Assembly: GCA_036172245.1 (NCBI GenBank)
Contig: JAYWIR010000049.1
Coordinates: forward strand, 496,001 to 560,000
DNA: 64,000 nucleotides
From: Raillietiella orientalis
Lineage: Eukaryota
Direction: 5' to 3'
Shown here: positions 1 to 12,480 of the stretch, one piece after another
Layout of the letters: every line of letters begins with the position of its first letter
Numbering within the stretch: position 1 is the first letter of the stretch
The notes under the pieces: generated by a model
Database searches by the model: none
Told to the model about the DNA's origin: nothing
What the model saw: only the letters and a program-made list of their open reading frames with translations
Position numbers and translations under genes: made by a program

Positions 1-753
1 ACATTTCTGCACCTCGGAGGGATGCCGGACTCGGCATCCTCACCCTGGAAAGACGAGAGCTACAGCTTTATTTTCGAAGACTCGCCCTGATAGAGAGGAC
101 ATAGAACCAGCAGTGGTTTCTGCCACTCTCCACATTTTGGAGTGGACATCCGGTTGCGAGGGACTAACATCCCTGCTTTTTCGCAACCGGAAATAACAGA
201 CACTTTTGAAGTTTATCCTGAGACAGCTTGTCTCCCCGCTGAAATTCAACGAGAGGATCTCTTGACGCCCTGTGAGCTTGAATGCTTGGCGACAGGAATC
301 TGTGGGCTCGGCTCTCTGGAACCACATCTTGTTTCGGCTCAAAGGATCTCAGTCGTCTTTAAGGATGCCCCTGAAGGGAATTGTCGACGAACCTACCAAG
401 TGGACTGCTGCATCCTCCACATCTTTCGCCGCAGCGCTGTCTAACCTATAGGAAAGCAATGACAGTGGGCTACTGGCTAGTTGGGATTTCCCCCGCAACG
501 TCGATGGAGCCGAAAAACTCCTAGGCCGATTCTTTTCGAAAATGCTGGCTGACGCAGCTACGCCCTGCCTGCAAGCGAAGGGGCCTACCCGGTGGACCAA
601 CACTTGAAGTGCGCTCCCGGAAGAACTTTATGCCTCTCCTGTGTGTTGAGATTTTTTTGTCCTCCCTCTTCGGTGGCAACACGAAATGGTGCTTTTCGTT
701 CATTGAAGGCTTTCCTGCAACGAGCGCATGCACCGATTGAAGAGTGGGAGTGC
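1..753 (-). mobile_element. L1/Tx1-type LINE fragment (ORF2 linker region)
   Basis: GACARCRKAFNERK linker-like peptide; 430-750 is homologous in inverted orientation to 6060-6420. Confidence 0.6.
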
Positions 754-1260
754 CACCCGCTCACGCCGGGGCGTTTATTAAAAACACTGTACATTCGTGG
801 CACAAGACCCAACTACGGCCAATACATCTCGGGACCTGCCGGGTCGCCGGTATGTAGACCGGCACGTCTCTCCTCGGTAGCGGAGGTAGATGGGGGAAAA
901 GAGAAAATGTGAAAGGAAACAAAAAAAGAAACACTTGGAGAGTCTGGAAGGGATCACAGTACGCTGGAGGGAGCGTGCATCCTTTGCAGGATGCCGTCGA
1001 GGTCCCTCTGCATACTTCCCAGATGGGGACATCCAATCTCGATTCGCAGGTAGCGACATGCGTGTACGATGGCGTCCCTTTCGCTGCTTCCTCTGTTGGC
1101 TGCACTACACGCAGACTATAGGAAAGCACACACCACGCACCCACAATCCCTCGGAGGCAGCAGAGCGCTGCTAGGGCTGATGCTGGTTGCAGGGCGTCTC
1201 GCACGAAGCCACACAGCGTCTCTGGAGGGACTGCCGACCGGCATCCGGAAGGTCGTAGCA
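754..1260 (-). mobile_element. LINE 3' end (ORF2 C-terminus, 3'UTR, terminal hairpin)
   Basis: Homologous to 1900-2330(+); ends AATAAACGCCCCGGCGTGAGCGGGTG. Confidence 0.7.
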
Positions 1261-2331
1261 AAACATTCGCATAAGGGCCGGAGGGCAGCGCAGTCCACTA
1301 ACAGGTTGAGGAGGGATTACTTCTCCCCGCACACTGCACACTTCTGTCCCACCTTCCCCAACGTCCAGTGGTGGCAGCGCGCGTTGCAGGGGAGACCCCT
1401 GTGCAACAGCAGGAAAGCCGACTCCTGCCACTTGAGGGGGAGGGTGGATGAGTCTGTAAACACCGGGAACCACCTTAGGTCATCCGATGGGATGCCCAGC
1501 AGCTCGCACCATCTCTGTATTCCTCGCGGAAAGACGCTCGAGGTCGCGGCGTCAGCCAGCTCCCTCATGGTCCAATTGCTTAATGTCTTCTCCCTGCCTG
1601 CTATCCGGCAGGAGACTTGCCACTTCAGTGTTCGGCTGCTGCCAAGTGTCCTTCTGAAGCAGGGCAGCGCCGTGGTCAGTAGGGTCGTCTCTGCCCACGT
1701 GCTCCTGGCGGGACACTCGAACATCTTTCGCAGCGACTACACGCTGGGAAGGGTGTATCCATACTGTGCCAGGTGTGGGAAACGGGAATCCCACCCTCAT
1801 TTGCTACTCGACTGTGCTGCCCTCTGGCCCTAGTAAGAACGTCTTCAAACTTCCCTACGGATCCCGGTTGGCAGTTCCCCCAGGGACGTTTTTCAGGTTC
1901 TCTTCCTGCAGGATGCCCTGCGACCAATCGCAGCCCTGGCAGCACTTTGCTGCGTCTGGGGGATCGTGGCTGCGTGGAGCGAAGTCAGAGAACCAGAAAA
2001 CCAGGGGGATGCCGTCGAAGTCGCAGTCCGCTTCTTGCTGATTGCGACCAAATAGCCCCACCTGGGAAGAATATGGACGGACCTCGACGCCATACTGCAA
2101 AGGATGGACACTGCCTTCAACGGACCATGGTCTCTTTCCTTTCCTCGAAAGTGTGTTTTTTTATTTATCTTTTATTTTTTTGTTTTCTTTCCATCCCCCT
2201 CTGCTGCCGAGGTGAGTCCCGTTGGTCTGCGTATCGACAACACGGAAGGTCGAATGTTGTATTGGCCGTAGCGGGGCCTTGTACCGCGATGACTGTCAAG
2301 CTCATAATAAGCACCTCGGCGTTACTGAGTG
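1260..2331 (+). mobile_element. LINE 3' part with C-terminal CCHC zinc finger and 3'UTR
   Basis: YCARCGKRESHPHLLLDC at ~1762-1818, then the family 3'UTR and terminal hairpin. Confidence 0.8.
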
Positions 2332-2334
2332 ACA

Positions 2335-2975
2335 CGTCGAAACCGATGCTCCGTTCCGTCCCCGCTACCCTGTCCCAGACAAGGAATGCGACTCTTGTGC
2401 TCGCGAAACCAGTGTAGCGTCCCGCCTGCGCATTCTTCGAAATCGGACATCTGCTGTTCGGAGATGCTGTATATCTCCTGCAGAATGACCAGATGGAATA
2501 AGCCATGTTCGCCTCTTCTCGTCGCCCCACAGCCCGTTGATATTCCAGCTGGCCACGCTGACGCGACGAAAGGACACGAGTCTACACCTAACTGCTTCGG
2601 ACATGGCTACGCATTCCTCATCCCGTCTGGTAAGGGCTCAGCGCGTAGCACGGCAGATTGGGAAGCAGGAGCGCTCCCGTCCTTTACCATTCTGCTCTCA
2701 GGTGAGTCCTCAGAGCCGAGGATCATTGCTTCGGGCTCCAAGAAGTGGTCGGAACTGTTACCGGCATCAGGCACATGATTTCGCACCTTTGCTCGGAGCT
2801 CCTTTTCCCTGCAATTTGCACTCCTATGTGCTGCAGTCGAAATCGAACTCAAACTCCGAGTTTCGCGCGTGAGACTGGCGTTTCGCTTGCTACTTTTCGT
2901 GCTAGAAGCTCATGGCTTGTCCAGAGACCGCCGAGTTTGCTGCTGTGGCCAATGCCTTTGCTGTTGCCGTTAAAG
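2335..2975 (-). mobile_element. LINE fragment with APE endonuclease N-terminus
   Basis: RVSVASWNINGLWGDEKRR, the typical start of an APE domain. Confidence 0.7.
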
Positions 2976-2979
2976 CTTT

Positions 2980-4990
2980 AGTGTCATTGGCGGCGCTCTC
3001 GCTCCGAGTGACGGCGCACATATGTGCAGAGCGTGCCGATGCAGCGCGGGATACGGCAGGGAAATAACCTGAGCCACCTGCTCTTGAGCACCTACTTCGA
3101 GTTGGTGCTGAGGATTTACAGAATTTACGAGCTTGTTCCCTGGTGCGCCTGCCGCGTCGGCGTACGCCGACGATTCTCTGCTCCTGCTGCCCATGTTTGC
3201 CCCAGCGTAAGCACTTAAAAATTTTCTAGCTGCTGTATCGTAGGATAGGACTCAGTGTAAAGAAGACAAAGTCGTCGGTGGTGACGGTTGGTGCGACGTG
3301 GGCTAGACGGCCTCACAATATCCGCTTGGGGATTCCCACGGGCAGGTACTTGAAGTACCGAAACGTTCCGTTGGAGGACTTCTGTCAGACAGAAGCCTGG
3401 TCTGACCAACAGCAGGTGCAGGAGATTCTCCTTGCACCTGATCCACTGAGAGTCCACGCTCCCTGTGTCCAGTGGTGAAGCTGAGCTTTGCAGGGAATCC
3501 ATCCATGCAAACAGCAGAGCCAACTCCCGCCACTTGAGGTCTTTACATGCCCCATCGAGGCGTTCATCCTGATTATAAAATAAAACGACCTCAAAAACAA
3601 GGAGCGTCGTTCCCTGTGAATCGAAAAAGAAAAAAGGAAGTTCGCCACGGGAGGACTCGCCGACTCGCAAGACGGAGAAGAATTATCTGCAGCATTGAGA
3701 GGGTCAAAGGATGAACAAATAAATAAATCTTTGGTGGACGAGGAAGGACACACCGGGATTGCTGACTATTTTCTAATTGTTTTTGAGATGTTGCTGATCT
3801 CCCTACTGACTTCTTGTTTCAGATGTGGCCACCTGCTTGCTTTGTTCAGAAAGACTATAGCGATGCAGGCAGTCTCTCGTGCTCGCTGATGCAACTTCAT
3901 CGAGTATCGGAAGGTAAGGATGCTGCGGATGCAACACAAAGTCGCAATTACAGAGGCAGCTCACAGCTTCTTCATCCGAAGCGAAGCAGCAGATTATCAG
4001 GCGCATCTTCTGTGTGGGAAAGGACCGATGGCAGCCTCTTCCACGAAGGATGGATGACGCCGCAGATAATCAGTAGATGGGAAAGCGATTCGATCTACCT
4101 GAAGTTGGACAGAATCGGACTACAGTTGCAGTTTCGGATGTTGGCCCTTTGTGCCCACCTTTGGTCTACTCCATGGTGTGCTCTTGCACACCTGCTACTG
4201 CGGCGCCGCACAGGCAGCGACGGACTTCTTTCGTTTCTGCCGCATACGGGGCATGCCACGAGAAGCTTCGGTTTTTCCTTGAAACCGCTCTACCGAATCC
4301 TGGAAGCCCACGTTTGGATCTCCTGCCGTCCAACGAACTTTAACGCATGGCTGCAGGAAGCATTATCGTCCTGGGCAAGGCATCGGGAAGTGCCGCTGAT
4401 CAAACTTTGTTGCGTGCACCTATTCTCTTATCTTCCATTGGAGGATATGATGCAAGATCAGGACAGTTGGACCAGCCTGGGAGCCAAGTCCCTCGCCACA
4501 GCGCTGTCTGCCCTAAGGACAAGAGATAGAGGTTGCCTACCGGCAAGGTGGGAGGTCGCCTTCACGATCGCAGGAACAACACGACCTATGGAGAACTTCC
4601 CAACTTTTCAGCTGGCAGACGCTGATACGCCCCGCAGTATTCCTAAGGGACTCCTCCGGTGAAGCGAACTCGTGTGCCCCTTGAAGAACTTGTAGTCCCT
4701 CCCTCATGTGTGGACACTTCAGTGTTCCCCCTTCTTTGGAAACAGGACGTACTTTTGCTGATGCACTGGAGCTTCCATCGCAACCAGCTCGGGAACTTTG
4801 TTTCCGGGGGAATTGCCTTTCCGAACTGTGGAAGGTGCGGAGCAGCGAAAACGCTCCCGCATCTGCTCTTTGCCTTCGGTGTCCTCCAAAGACTGTGGCG
4901 GAGACTGGCTTCAGCGCTCTTGCACCAAAGGAACAACGCAGGGATGTTGATGCGCCGCTTCTTAACGCCAGGCGGCCTATCGTTAGGTTT
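2980..4990 (+). mobile_element. LINE ORF2 remnant: reverse transcriptase core to C-terminal zinc finger
   Basis: VPMQRGIRQGNNLSHLL (~3033), SAYADD (~3158, shifted frame), YLKYRNVP, a 282-aa post-RT ORF (3814-4662) and PNCGRCGAAKTLPHLL (~4821). Interrupted by an inverted 3'-end fragment at ~3545-3790. Confidence 0.85.
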
Positions 4991-5830
4991 TTCACCCGGG
5001 TGAGCCGGAGCTTTTATTATTAAAATTCTTTACATTGAAAAAAAAAATTTTTATAATAAAGTCCTTTTTGTTAACAATGTTTTTCTTTTAGGTCAGCACA
5101 GAAGTTTTTGTCTGTCTTGGGGCACTTGTCCTTACCGACCCGCAGACCGATAATGTTCCACACTGGAACAGGGGCGGGAAAAACAAAAATAAAACAAAAA
5201 AAGAAAAACGCCTGGGGGGCACAATGTTTTCTGGGAGGGGGGGCGAAGGAAGGGGATCACGGTACAACGTGAGGAGGTCTCTGCATCCTGTTTTGGATGC
5301 GAACAAGTGCCGGTAAATGTTTTCGAAGTCGGCGCCAACGGCAGGCCTTCTCCAAAGAGATGGCTGCCCAGTGGATGGCATTCCGACTGGTGCGTCCTCT
5401 CCTTGACTTATCCAGGATTCCGCGTATGCAACAGAGTACTGCCACACACCCGGAGACTGGCATGGTGTCCTGCATCAGGAGGCGTCTAAAAATGTCCTTC
5501 GGGTTGCCCCCCGGAATGTTTAGGGCCGACGAGAGTCGATCCCACATCTGCCCGAGGGCAACATACTCTAGAATCAAGTGGGGGAAGGTCTCCCTATCGT
5601 TAAGTGCGCTCGTCGCAACGATCTGTTGTATCCGCGCCATCGTCAGAGCCGCCGACAGTTGGAGTCGCAGGCGATTCGTCGAGAGGTCAGCAGAATAGCC
5701 GATGAGAACATGGCATCGGCTGCCAGGTGGCCTCATCTTCCAGAAAACGTCAGGAAGGAGATCTCCGGTATCAAACGCCAGTTTTGAAAGAAAGTAACGG
5801 CCGAATCCAAAGACCCCTGTCCAATCCAAA
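4990..5830 (-). mobile_element. Internally deleted LINE copy with 3' end
   Basis: C-terminal VAVLCCIRGILDKSRRGR peptide shared with other copies; terminal AATAAAAGCTCCGGCTCACCCGGGTGAAAAAC. Confidence 0.65.
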
Positions 5831-7100
5831 GACCTTCCCCATATTTTTATTTATGTGTATTTGTGGTTCCCTCCCTTCCGTTCCGGACTTTCGGATTTAC
5901 CGACCTGCATGTTAGGGTTCCCTGCCTTCGTTCTTCTGTACCCTTTGTCTGGGAACTTTGTTCCCAGCTTCTAAATAAACGCCTAGGAGTACCCAGGTTT
6001 AATCAGTAGGTGGGGAGGAGCAATCTCCCCAAGCAATGCGATCTCTCTGCACATCGCACCCTCCACCGACACGCACCCATTCGTTATGTGGTGCACGCGC
6101 TCGTTGCAAGGAGGCCTCCAATGAAAGAAAAGCACCACTTCGTGTTGCCACCGGGGAGGGAGGGCAGAAGAATCTCAACACAGAGGAGGAACACAGAGTT
6201 CTTCCGAGAGCGCACTTCAAGTGTTGGGCCACTGGAGAGGCCCCTTCGCTTACAAACAGGGCGTAGCCGGATCAGCCAGCATTGTCGTAAAGAATTTGTC
6301 TAGGAGCTTCTCTGCTGCTTCGATGTTGCAGGAGAAATCCTATCTAGCAGGTAGGTTCTGTCATTGCTTCCCCACAAGGAAGTTAAGGCTGCGGCCAAAA
6401 GTGCGGCAAGTTCCCGAGTTCACTTCTTCTGTTTGTTGACGATTTCTGGCAGGGACATCCTGCCAAACCGCTTAACAGGCACTAGATCTTCAGCACCGGT
6501 GCTGTTCTTCCGATCCTAAGTGTTCATAGATTCCTAACCACCAGGCGTGGAAGTTCTCAGGGCAGTAGTAGATCTACCTTTTGGATTCCAGCAGAGGGGA
6601 GAACTGCTTTAGAGGGAACTCTTTAGATGGAACTTATTCCGGGAAGCCTCAAATGAGCAGTGTCGTGCCTCCTCCGTTTTGGCGCCGTTTCCCGCGGCTG
6701 CTGCGCCCGGAGGTGTCACAGCAGCAGCAGCCATCGTACCGCCGTCCTTGCTCTGCGAGAGGATTCCGAGCGGCGAGGCGGACGCGCCAGCTTCCCGTAG
6801 CTCCTCTCCGAATCGGTCGACCGGTAGGTTTGCCGACTTCTTTCTTCAACAGCCTTCTCTCCCTCTGCGCGGCTTCGTCTTCAAATGTTCGTACGGTGGC
6901 AACAGACTGAAGTTCGGATATGCGATGCTCGCGTTCTCCTGTTTTGGCCGACCTTCACCGCGTCCGCTAAGGGATGCGGCACACTTTCGGTAGCGCGTTC
7001 GCTGCTGGGCTGCAGATGCTCGCTCGGCAGAGTTCCTTCGCAACGGTGCCATTCGGATCGCGGGCTATGGCGATGACGCCAACATTCGAGGTGAGAGCTG
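5830..7100. mobile_element. Nested LINE fragments: 3' tail (+, to ~5998), ORF2 linker (+, 6050-6600), ORF1-like piece (-, 7100-6600)
   Basis: AATAAACGCCTAGGAGTACCCAGGT; homology to 430-750; ORF1-like TGSWRVRL. Confidence 0.55.
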
Positions 7101-8182
7101 AATCGTTCGTGGGATTCCATACTTCCTGACCAATGGAGACAGCAATGTGATACTGGGTCCTCATCGCTTGAGATGTTGATCCGATATAGCCTTGGAATTT
7201 CATTAATGTTTCCGGAATCGAAAACTTTTTGATGGGCGTCTCTCGAGATGAATGGATGTTCAGTACGTCTCCGTTTACTCATAAAATGGGATAGATAAGT
7301 CACGAATGTATTTCAATAAAAATGATCGAATTCCAGCATCGCCTACAAAATGCAGTGCTTTTCCAAACTTCAGAACCAATGCCTTCTCTGTTTTTTCCAT
7401 GTTGTCGCTGATTCACTAAGCTTATTTTGAGAATCCAGTTTGATTACTGACTTCATTTTCAGGACTAATGGTTTTCAGTTTTGCTTGCAAACTTTAGTCT
7501 GAGTGATGGTGACCACAGTGAACTTCATCGCAATTCATCTGATGCTAGATGGTATCGCGCAGTCTTCCTTTTCGAGTTCACATTGCGCTTCTATCAATCA
7601 AACGCCAGAACAAAATAGTCTGTGAGAACGGAGCATCTCAAACTTGGAACTCTAACTTTGACTTCAACTTACCATGTGGAGTCAAAAACCTGACAGAGGT
7701 TTACTTTTGTGGTGTCACGGATATATTACACTTTTTAAGAGGGTGTAACATCGATAGCAAATCACATTCTTAACCACAGCTAATGATATACCCTATCCTA
7801 GGCAGTGCTGAAAAAGAGATCCGTAATCTCGAAATAATCAACTATCCCCTGGAATAAAGTATTGTGTGGCTTGCAGTAATTCTTTTTTGATGACTTTCTT
7901 CTTCCCACTAGCTCATACCGGTTACCATCGAATCATCATGAGGCCCGACTTGCACGGAGAATGGTGCTTTATCCCATTAGCTCGACCTTTGGAAGGATTC
8001 GTCGTCAAACCTTTGTCAACTACTTGTGTAGTCCCTCGTTTTTGTTGGCCATTCCCCTCAGGCGTCCGGATGAGCGCAATCCTAACGGCTTGAATCATCT
8101 TTAGGCGAGGATGATGTTCAGCAACCTACTGACCAGTTCAGCCTCGTAATTTTTACCTATAGATCTGAGTACCAAAAGAAAT

Positions 8183-9323
8183 TCAACCAAGCATGAGTGA
8201 AAGACAGGAGTGACTTTTCTTATGCAAGTAAAATTTTATTATCCTGACTGGGAATATACAAGTTTTACAAATAAGGCAATAAATTGCTTTGTTCAATTTT
8301 TTAGCACAAACACTAGTGTTTTTCAAAAAGTTTAGCAGTTTAAATTCTGAGCTCAAAGGTACACCTAATCCTCCAGAAATGTGAAGCATAACTACTGTTA
8401 TGGGGGTGGTATCTAAATAGAAGAAATATCTCAATCTCAAAGCAGTTAGTTCGCTAGTGAGTGTGTACTCATTGTTTACGGGAAGAGGCTGACACTTTTG
8501 GATATAGGAAAATTTGTAGGGCACAAACTTTTCGGCACTGATAGCACGAGTTTGCCCTGGGATGTTCTTACGGATCTAGTTCCGGTTTCTAATCCACATA
8601 TAACAAGCACCTTTTTTCTTCACAGTGAATTAACGGAGAGCAAAAATGGTAGTTGGAATATGGAAGGCTAACGGGAATTTTCTGCAGATGCTATTATGTG
8701 TCCTTGCTGCTGCCAGGATCAGCGCAGGCGTATGAGGGTACCACCCTTGTCACTATGAGAAAACACTCCATTGCAAATGCAACATCTGCTGTTGCTTTGC
8801 TTAATCGAGCTCTAGAATGTTCAGCCACAGTTCAGCGTGAATGTTGTGATGCTTTCCAAGCATGCCTTTTTCCACGGGTCCAGTGGACAGTTTAACGAGG
8901 AGTTTGTGCCTCTATAAAAGTTAGACAGTCTGGAGGGCGTGAGCATAAGTCGCTTTTAGACGAATGAATGTATGTATCTTTTCGCAGTGGGTCATGAAGT
9001 TCTATTGCAACCTCCCGATGGTGGCGTAGACGAGTGGTATGGTTTCTCAAAAGAAGCGTTTAAAGAACACTCTTTTTGAGCGAAAAAAGTGCCTGCCACT
9101 ATAGACAAGAGATCAACGGATCAAGAGAGGGAGAGGACAACTCCTGAGAAGCCACTTGTACAGACACCACCAGAGAATGGGCAGGGAGGACTAGACATGC
9201 CACTGACCTGTCTATTGACTTTTGGCCTGCGCGCCCTCTTTGTTGTCTTACAAGATCTGTTCTCTGCTTTGGGAACGTACGCTAATAAACTCGAGGCAGT
9301 GCCCGCCTGCGATGAGGGAGGAA
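8183..9323 (-). pseudogene. Decayed continuation of the zinc-finger ORF with further broken Zn-finger-like modules
   Basis: Frameshifted, stop-ridden remnants: NCPLDP (~8890), RCCIC (~8780), IHCEEKRC (~8620), CYQCRK (~8540), IYCLICK...HSC (8280-8205). Confidence 0.4.
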
Positions 9324-10568
9324 TTAGCGTACTGACGCTTTCTTCAAACTGCTTAGATGTTGTTCGAGAAAGCTATTGTGTTTGTACATCGATGCAGTTG
9401 AAACAGACCGTACCACCTTTTCTTGGAAATCGGAATCTCTTACTTTGTATCTACGCCGTTTGACATCTTTGCTACCCTGAGACGGAACAGCGGGTGGCTT
9501 GTGATGTTTTCTATATGGAGGAAACGCTTCATCTTTACGGTCACCCATTAAAGTTTGAGGGCAAGAGGCAGCTGTAAACGTCGAATGTAGTGAAAACGGA
9601 TGCTCAGCAAGTGGTTCTCGATTGCTTGGGGTTTTCGGTACGGGAGTTCGTATCTCCGTATGGTTAATTGGTGACGGCTTTCTGTTGTTACCCACTGCTG
9701 CCATAATTTCTATGGATGTAAGACGAGACAGGCATACTATGGGCCATTTGTATACTTGAGCTGAGGTGCGCGCGCTCAAGCAGACTTGGCCATCCGAAAC
9801 TTCACTGAATTCTGGAAGCAATGACCGAAAGGCTCCTGGACTTCGGAGATATTCTTTTACTTCTTGGCAGAATTCCGTGGTGTCTGGCTCAGACACCCAA
9901 GTTAGTGTGGATTGGGGTGAGGGAATAAGCTCAGACTCCGAAAGGCCTTCTTCATGCACCTCTACTCCCAGAGAAGGCTTGAGCGCAATACTAGTGAACT
10001 TGGAGATGGTCCGTGGAGAAAGTCTCTTAATCCGAACAACTGGCAGCTTACTAGAAAAGTCACCATGAAATACGGGATTTTTCTTCGAAATTCGCAGATA
10101 CAGGGATGTGCTTTTCGAGTTTGACAAAGATATAACAGACGGAGCACTCATTACGTCTTGATGAGTCTTAAAGGGGGAGTTGATCTTATGCACTGCCACT
10201 ATGTGAGATCGAAGGAGCTGCTTGCGGTCAAAAGAGGATTGGCACTTTTTACATGTAAACTTCAGGACACTGCTAGGAGAGCAGGGATTTCGAACCTTTC
10301 CATCACATGTATGATTGCTGTAAAGGGCTGAGAGGAGCGTAGAAGACTGTCCACACTTGGTACAGAAGTGGTAAATCTTTTTCGTCATCATTCCATGGAT
10401 ACGCATAAGATGGAGTTTAAGGTTCCGTTTGCGGTTCCTAAATTGGGATGCTGAGGACGAAAAGTTGCAGCCCAGTATCGGGCAAGGACAGATATGTGTG
10501 AGGGAAGTAGAAATGAAAATGTTTCGATTCTCATCGATGAAAACGGGCGGACGCGCAACAAATGCCAT
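9324..10568 (-). CDS. 414-aa ORF with N-terminal zinc-finger triad (C2H2, CCHC, C2H2) resembling the N-terminus of NeSL/Utopia-like RLE retrotransposons
   Basis: CPCPILGC...LKLHLMRIH; HFCTKC...NHTC; FTCKKCQSSFDRKQLLRSHIVAVH, followed by an S/P/K-rich tail. ATG start, no introns, uninterrupted. Confidence 0.65.
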   Translation of the reverse strand: MAFVARPPVFIDENRNIFISTSLTHICPCPILGCNFSSSASQFRNRKRNLKLHLMRIHGMMTKKIYHFCTKCGQSSTLLSALYSNHTCDGKVRNPCSPSSVLKFTCKKCQSSFDRKQLLRSHIVAVHKINSPFKTHQDVMSAPSVISLSNSKSTSLYLRISKKNPVFHGDFSSKLPVVRIKRLSPRTISKFTSIALKPSLGVEVHEEGLSESELIPSPQSTLTWVSEPDTTEFCQEVKEYLRSPGAFRSLLPEFSEVSDGQVCLSARTSAQVYKWPIVCLSRLTSIEIMAAVGNNRKPSPINHTEIRTPVPKTPSNREPLAEHPFSLHSTFTAASCPQTLMGDRKDEAFPPYRKHHKPPAVPSQGSKDVKRRRYKVRDSDFQEKVVRSVSTASMYKHNSFLEQHLSSLKKASVR

Positions 10569-10592
10569 GCGTAACAGCTAAATCCAAACTGA

Positions 10593-10675
10593 CCAATAGA
10601 AACACAAAGCTGAGCACGTGACGGTATGGGACCAATGACTTGGTGCACCTTGATCATGTGACATCCAAATCCAAT
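10593..10675. promoter_or_regulatory. Triple CCAAT box array with interleaved E-boxes
   Basis: CCAAT at 10593, 10632 and 10671 (39-bp spacing). CACGTGAC and CATGTGAC lie 9 and 8 nt before the second and third boxes. Confidence 0.5.
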
Positions 10676-11849
10676 GAGATAAACAGAGTCCCTTGAGAGC
10701 CGACGCCACGCTAAAGTAGCGTCGGTCGCCAAGTTACGCTTGCGGAAAAAAGCATTCTCGCAAGCAGAGCCACGTGGTTTACCGGATTGTCCACTTTTTT
10801 CAAGCGAGAAAATCGGACTGGAGCAGGTCTGACCTCCTACCTTGTGGATGCCGGGCTTCCTGATGACCGCTCTGGCGGCGGTCTGGGAGTCTAAAGATCG
10901 AGCTACGCTAGTGCGGTCAGAAGTATTCAACCACCACCACAGTAATCGATAGCTTTCGTGCTCCTCGTCCTGGCATTCGGGATCGCGGTGGGCGTGGCCG
11001 AAGTGTCTTCCACTAACTGTGTCGTGCAAACCGTTCCCGCAGACGCCGTCCGGATTTTCGGGCTACGAGCACCACAGGTCGCGGGGCCGGGTCGCACCAA
11101 ACACCGCCGATGAGACACTGGGGAGGTGCCGGAGGAGGATCGTCGGGAGTTGCCACTGGGTACCGGGAAGGATCGCGACTTGGTGAACCTGGAGACGAGG
11201 AACGGGGACGGAGCTCCCAGCGCACGTCCGCACAGCAGCCGAGAGTTTCCTCATCTGAGTGGCGACGCTCCCGAGCGGATCAACGAGAGGGGTCCCCACC
11301 GCCCCTAGCAACCGCCAAGGAATACCGCAGCTGGGAGTAGGGGGAGCTCGGCCGGAAAGGCCCTACCGAGTCGGCTCCCAGTGCAGCGTGGGGGAGAGCG
11401 GCGTGAGTCACCCTGGTTTTTGCGACTGCCGTCCACGCCTCCGCCGGGAGGCAAACTCGGGAGGCTTCTGCGGTCTCTCCCGCGAGCCGGAACTCCATCC
11501 GTGCCGGAAGCTGGAGAACACCGCGGGGCGCGGCTCTCGGGTGTTCCGAGGGCACGTGCGACCTCTTCACGTCGCTGGCGCAGGGAGCGTCTTTTTTTTT
11601 TTTTTTTTCCTCTCTTTTTTTTCTTTGAATTCAAGAACAAAAAGGAAAAAGCCTTCATTTAAGACTTATTTTGATACGATTACAGGCAGAGCTGCAAGCT
11701 GTGGTCGCGCAGCAATTTCGAGATGCCATCGTCCATCCACAGCCCACCATGTGCAAATCATTGGTCATCAGGGACGTTCGTGAAGGCATACCCTTTCGGG
11801 GCTCCCTTATGAGATTTTCCATCCGGTTGCGCCGAAGCGTGCATTCTAA

Positions 11850-12480
11850 ATTGTACATATATCTGTGCAATTAAATACTTATATTTATATACATTGCGAA
11901 TACACACACACACACACATATATATATATGTGTGCAATTAAATATATATACTGCACACATATCCCATAAATATATACATACGACACACGTATTCCGGACA
12001 TATATATATACTATATGCATATTCCATACATATGTACATATTCCATGTATATATATGCTATACACATAGACCGTATATATATATGTACAGATTCCAAATA
12101 TATATATATGTACAATTAAATATATCTGCTGCACATATTGCAAATCTATATATACAATGAAACATATTTGCAATTATGTATATAATATATATATATATTG
12201 CAACTATATGCGATTTCATATATATATTGCAAATATATACATATGCAATTGAATGTATACATTTATATATGTATATATATATTGCATGCATATATGCATG
12301 CGATTGATTATATGTATGTGTATAGTGCAATTAAATATGTATATTATATATAATTCAATTGCAATGTCTGCAAATAAATATATTTAATGAAACAAATAAA
12401 TAGATATATGCAAATATTCATATGCGATTAAATACGTGTATTCACGTAAAGATTGCAAGCACGCACGCACACACGTACAT
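11850..12480. repeat. AT-rich degenerate (AT)n/(CA)n microsatellite tract with recurring GTGCAATTAAATA motif
   Basis: Visible TATATA/CACACA runs; the motif recurs at ~11865, 11931, 12110 and 12325. Confidence 0.85.

Noticed and set aside
831..885. Resemblance of the 3'UTR motif to twister (GCCGGTC..CCGG) or the HDV L3 loop
   Set aside because: It lacks the twister UAA cleavage strand, AAGC loop and GAGGG, and lacks HDV P1.1/P4/J4-2. Reported only as an unassigned structure.
11871..12330. I/Y/C-rich ORFs
   Set aside because: Translations of the (AT)n microsatellite.
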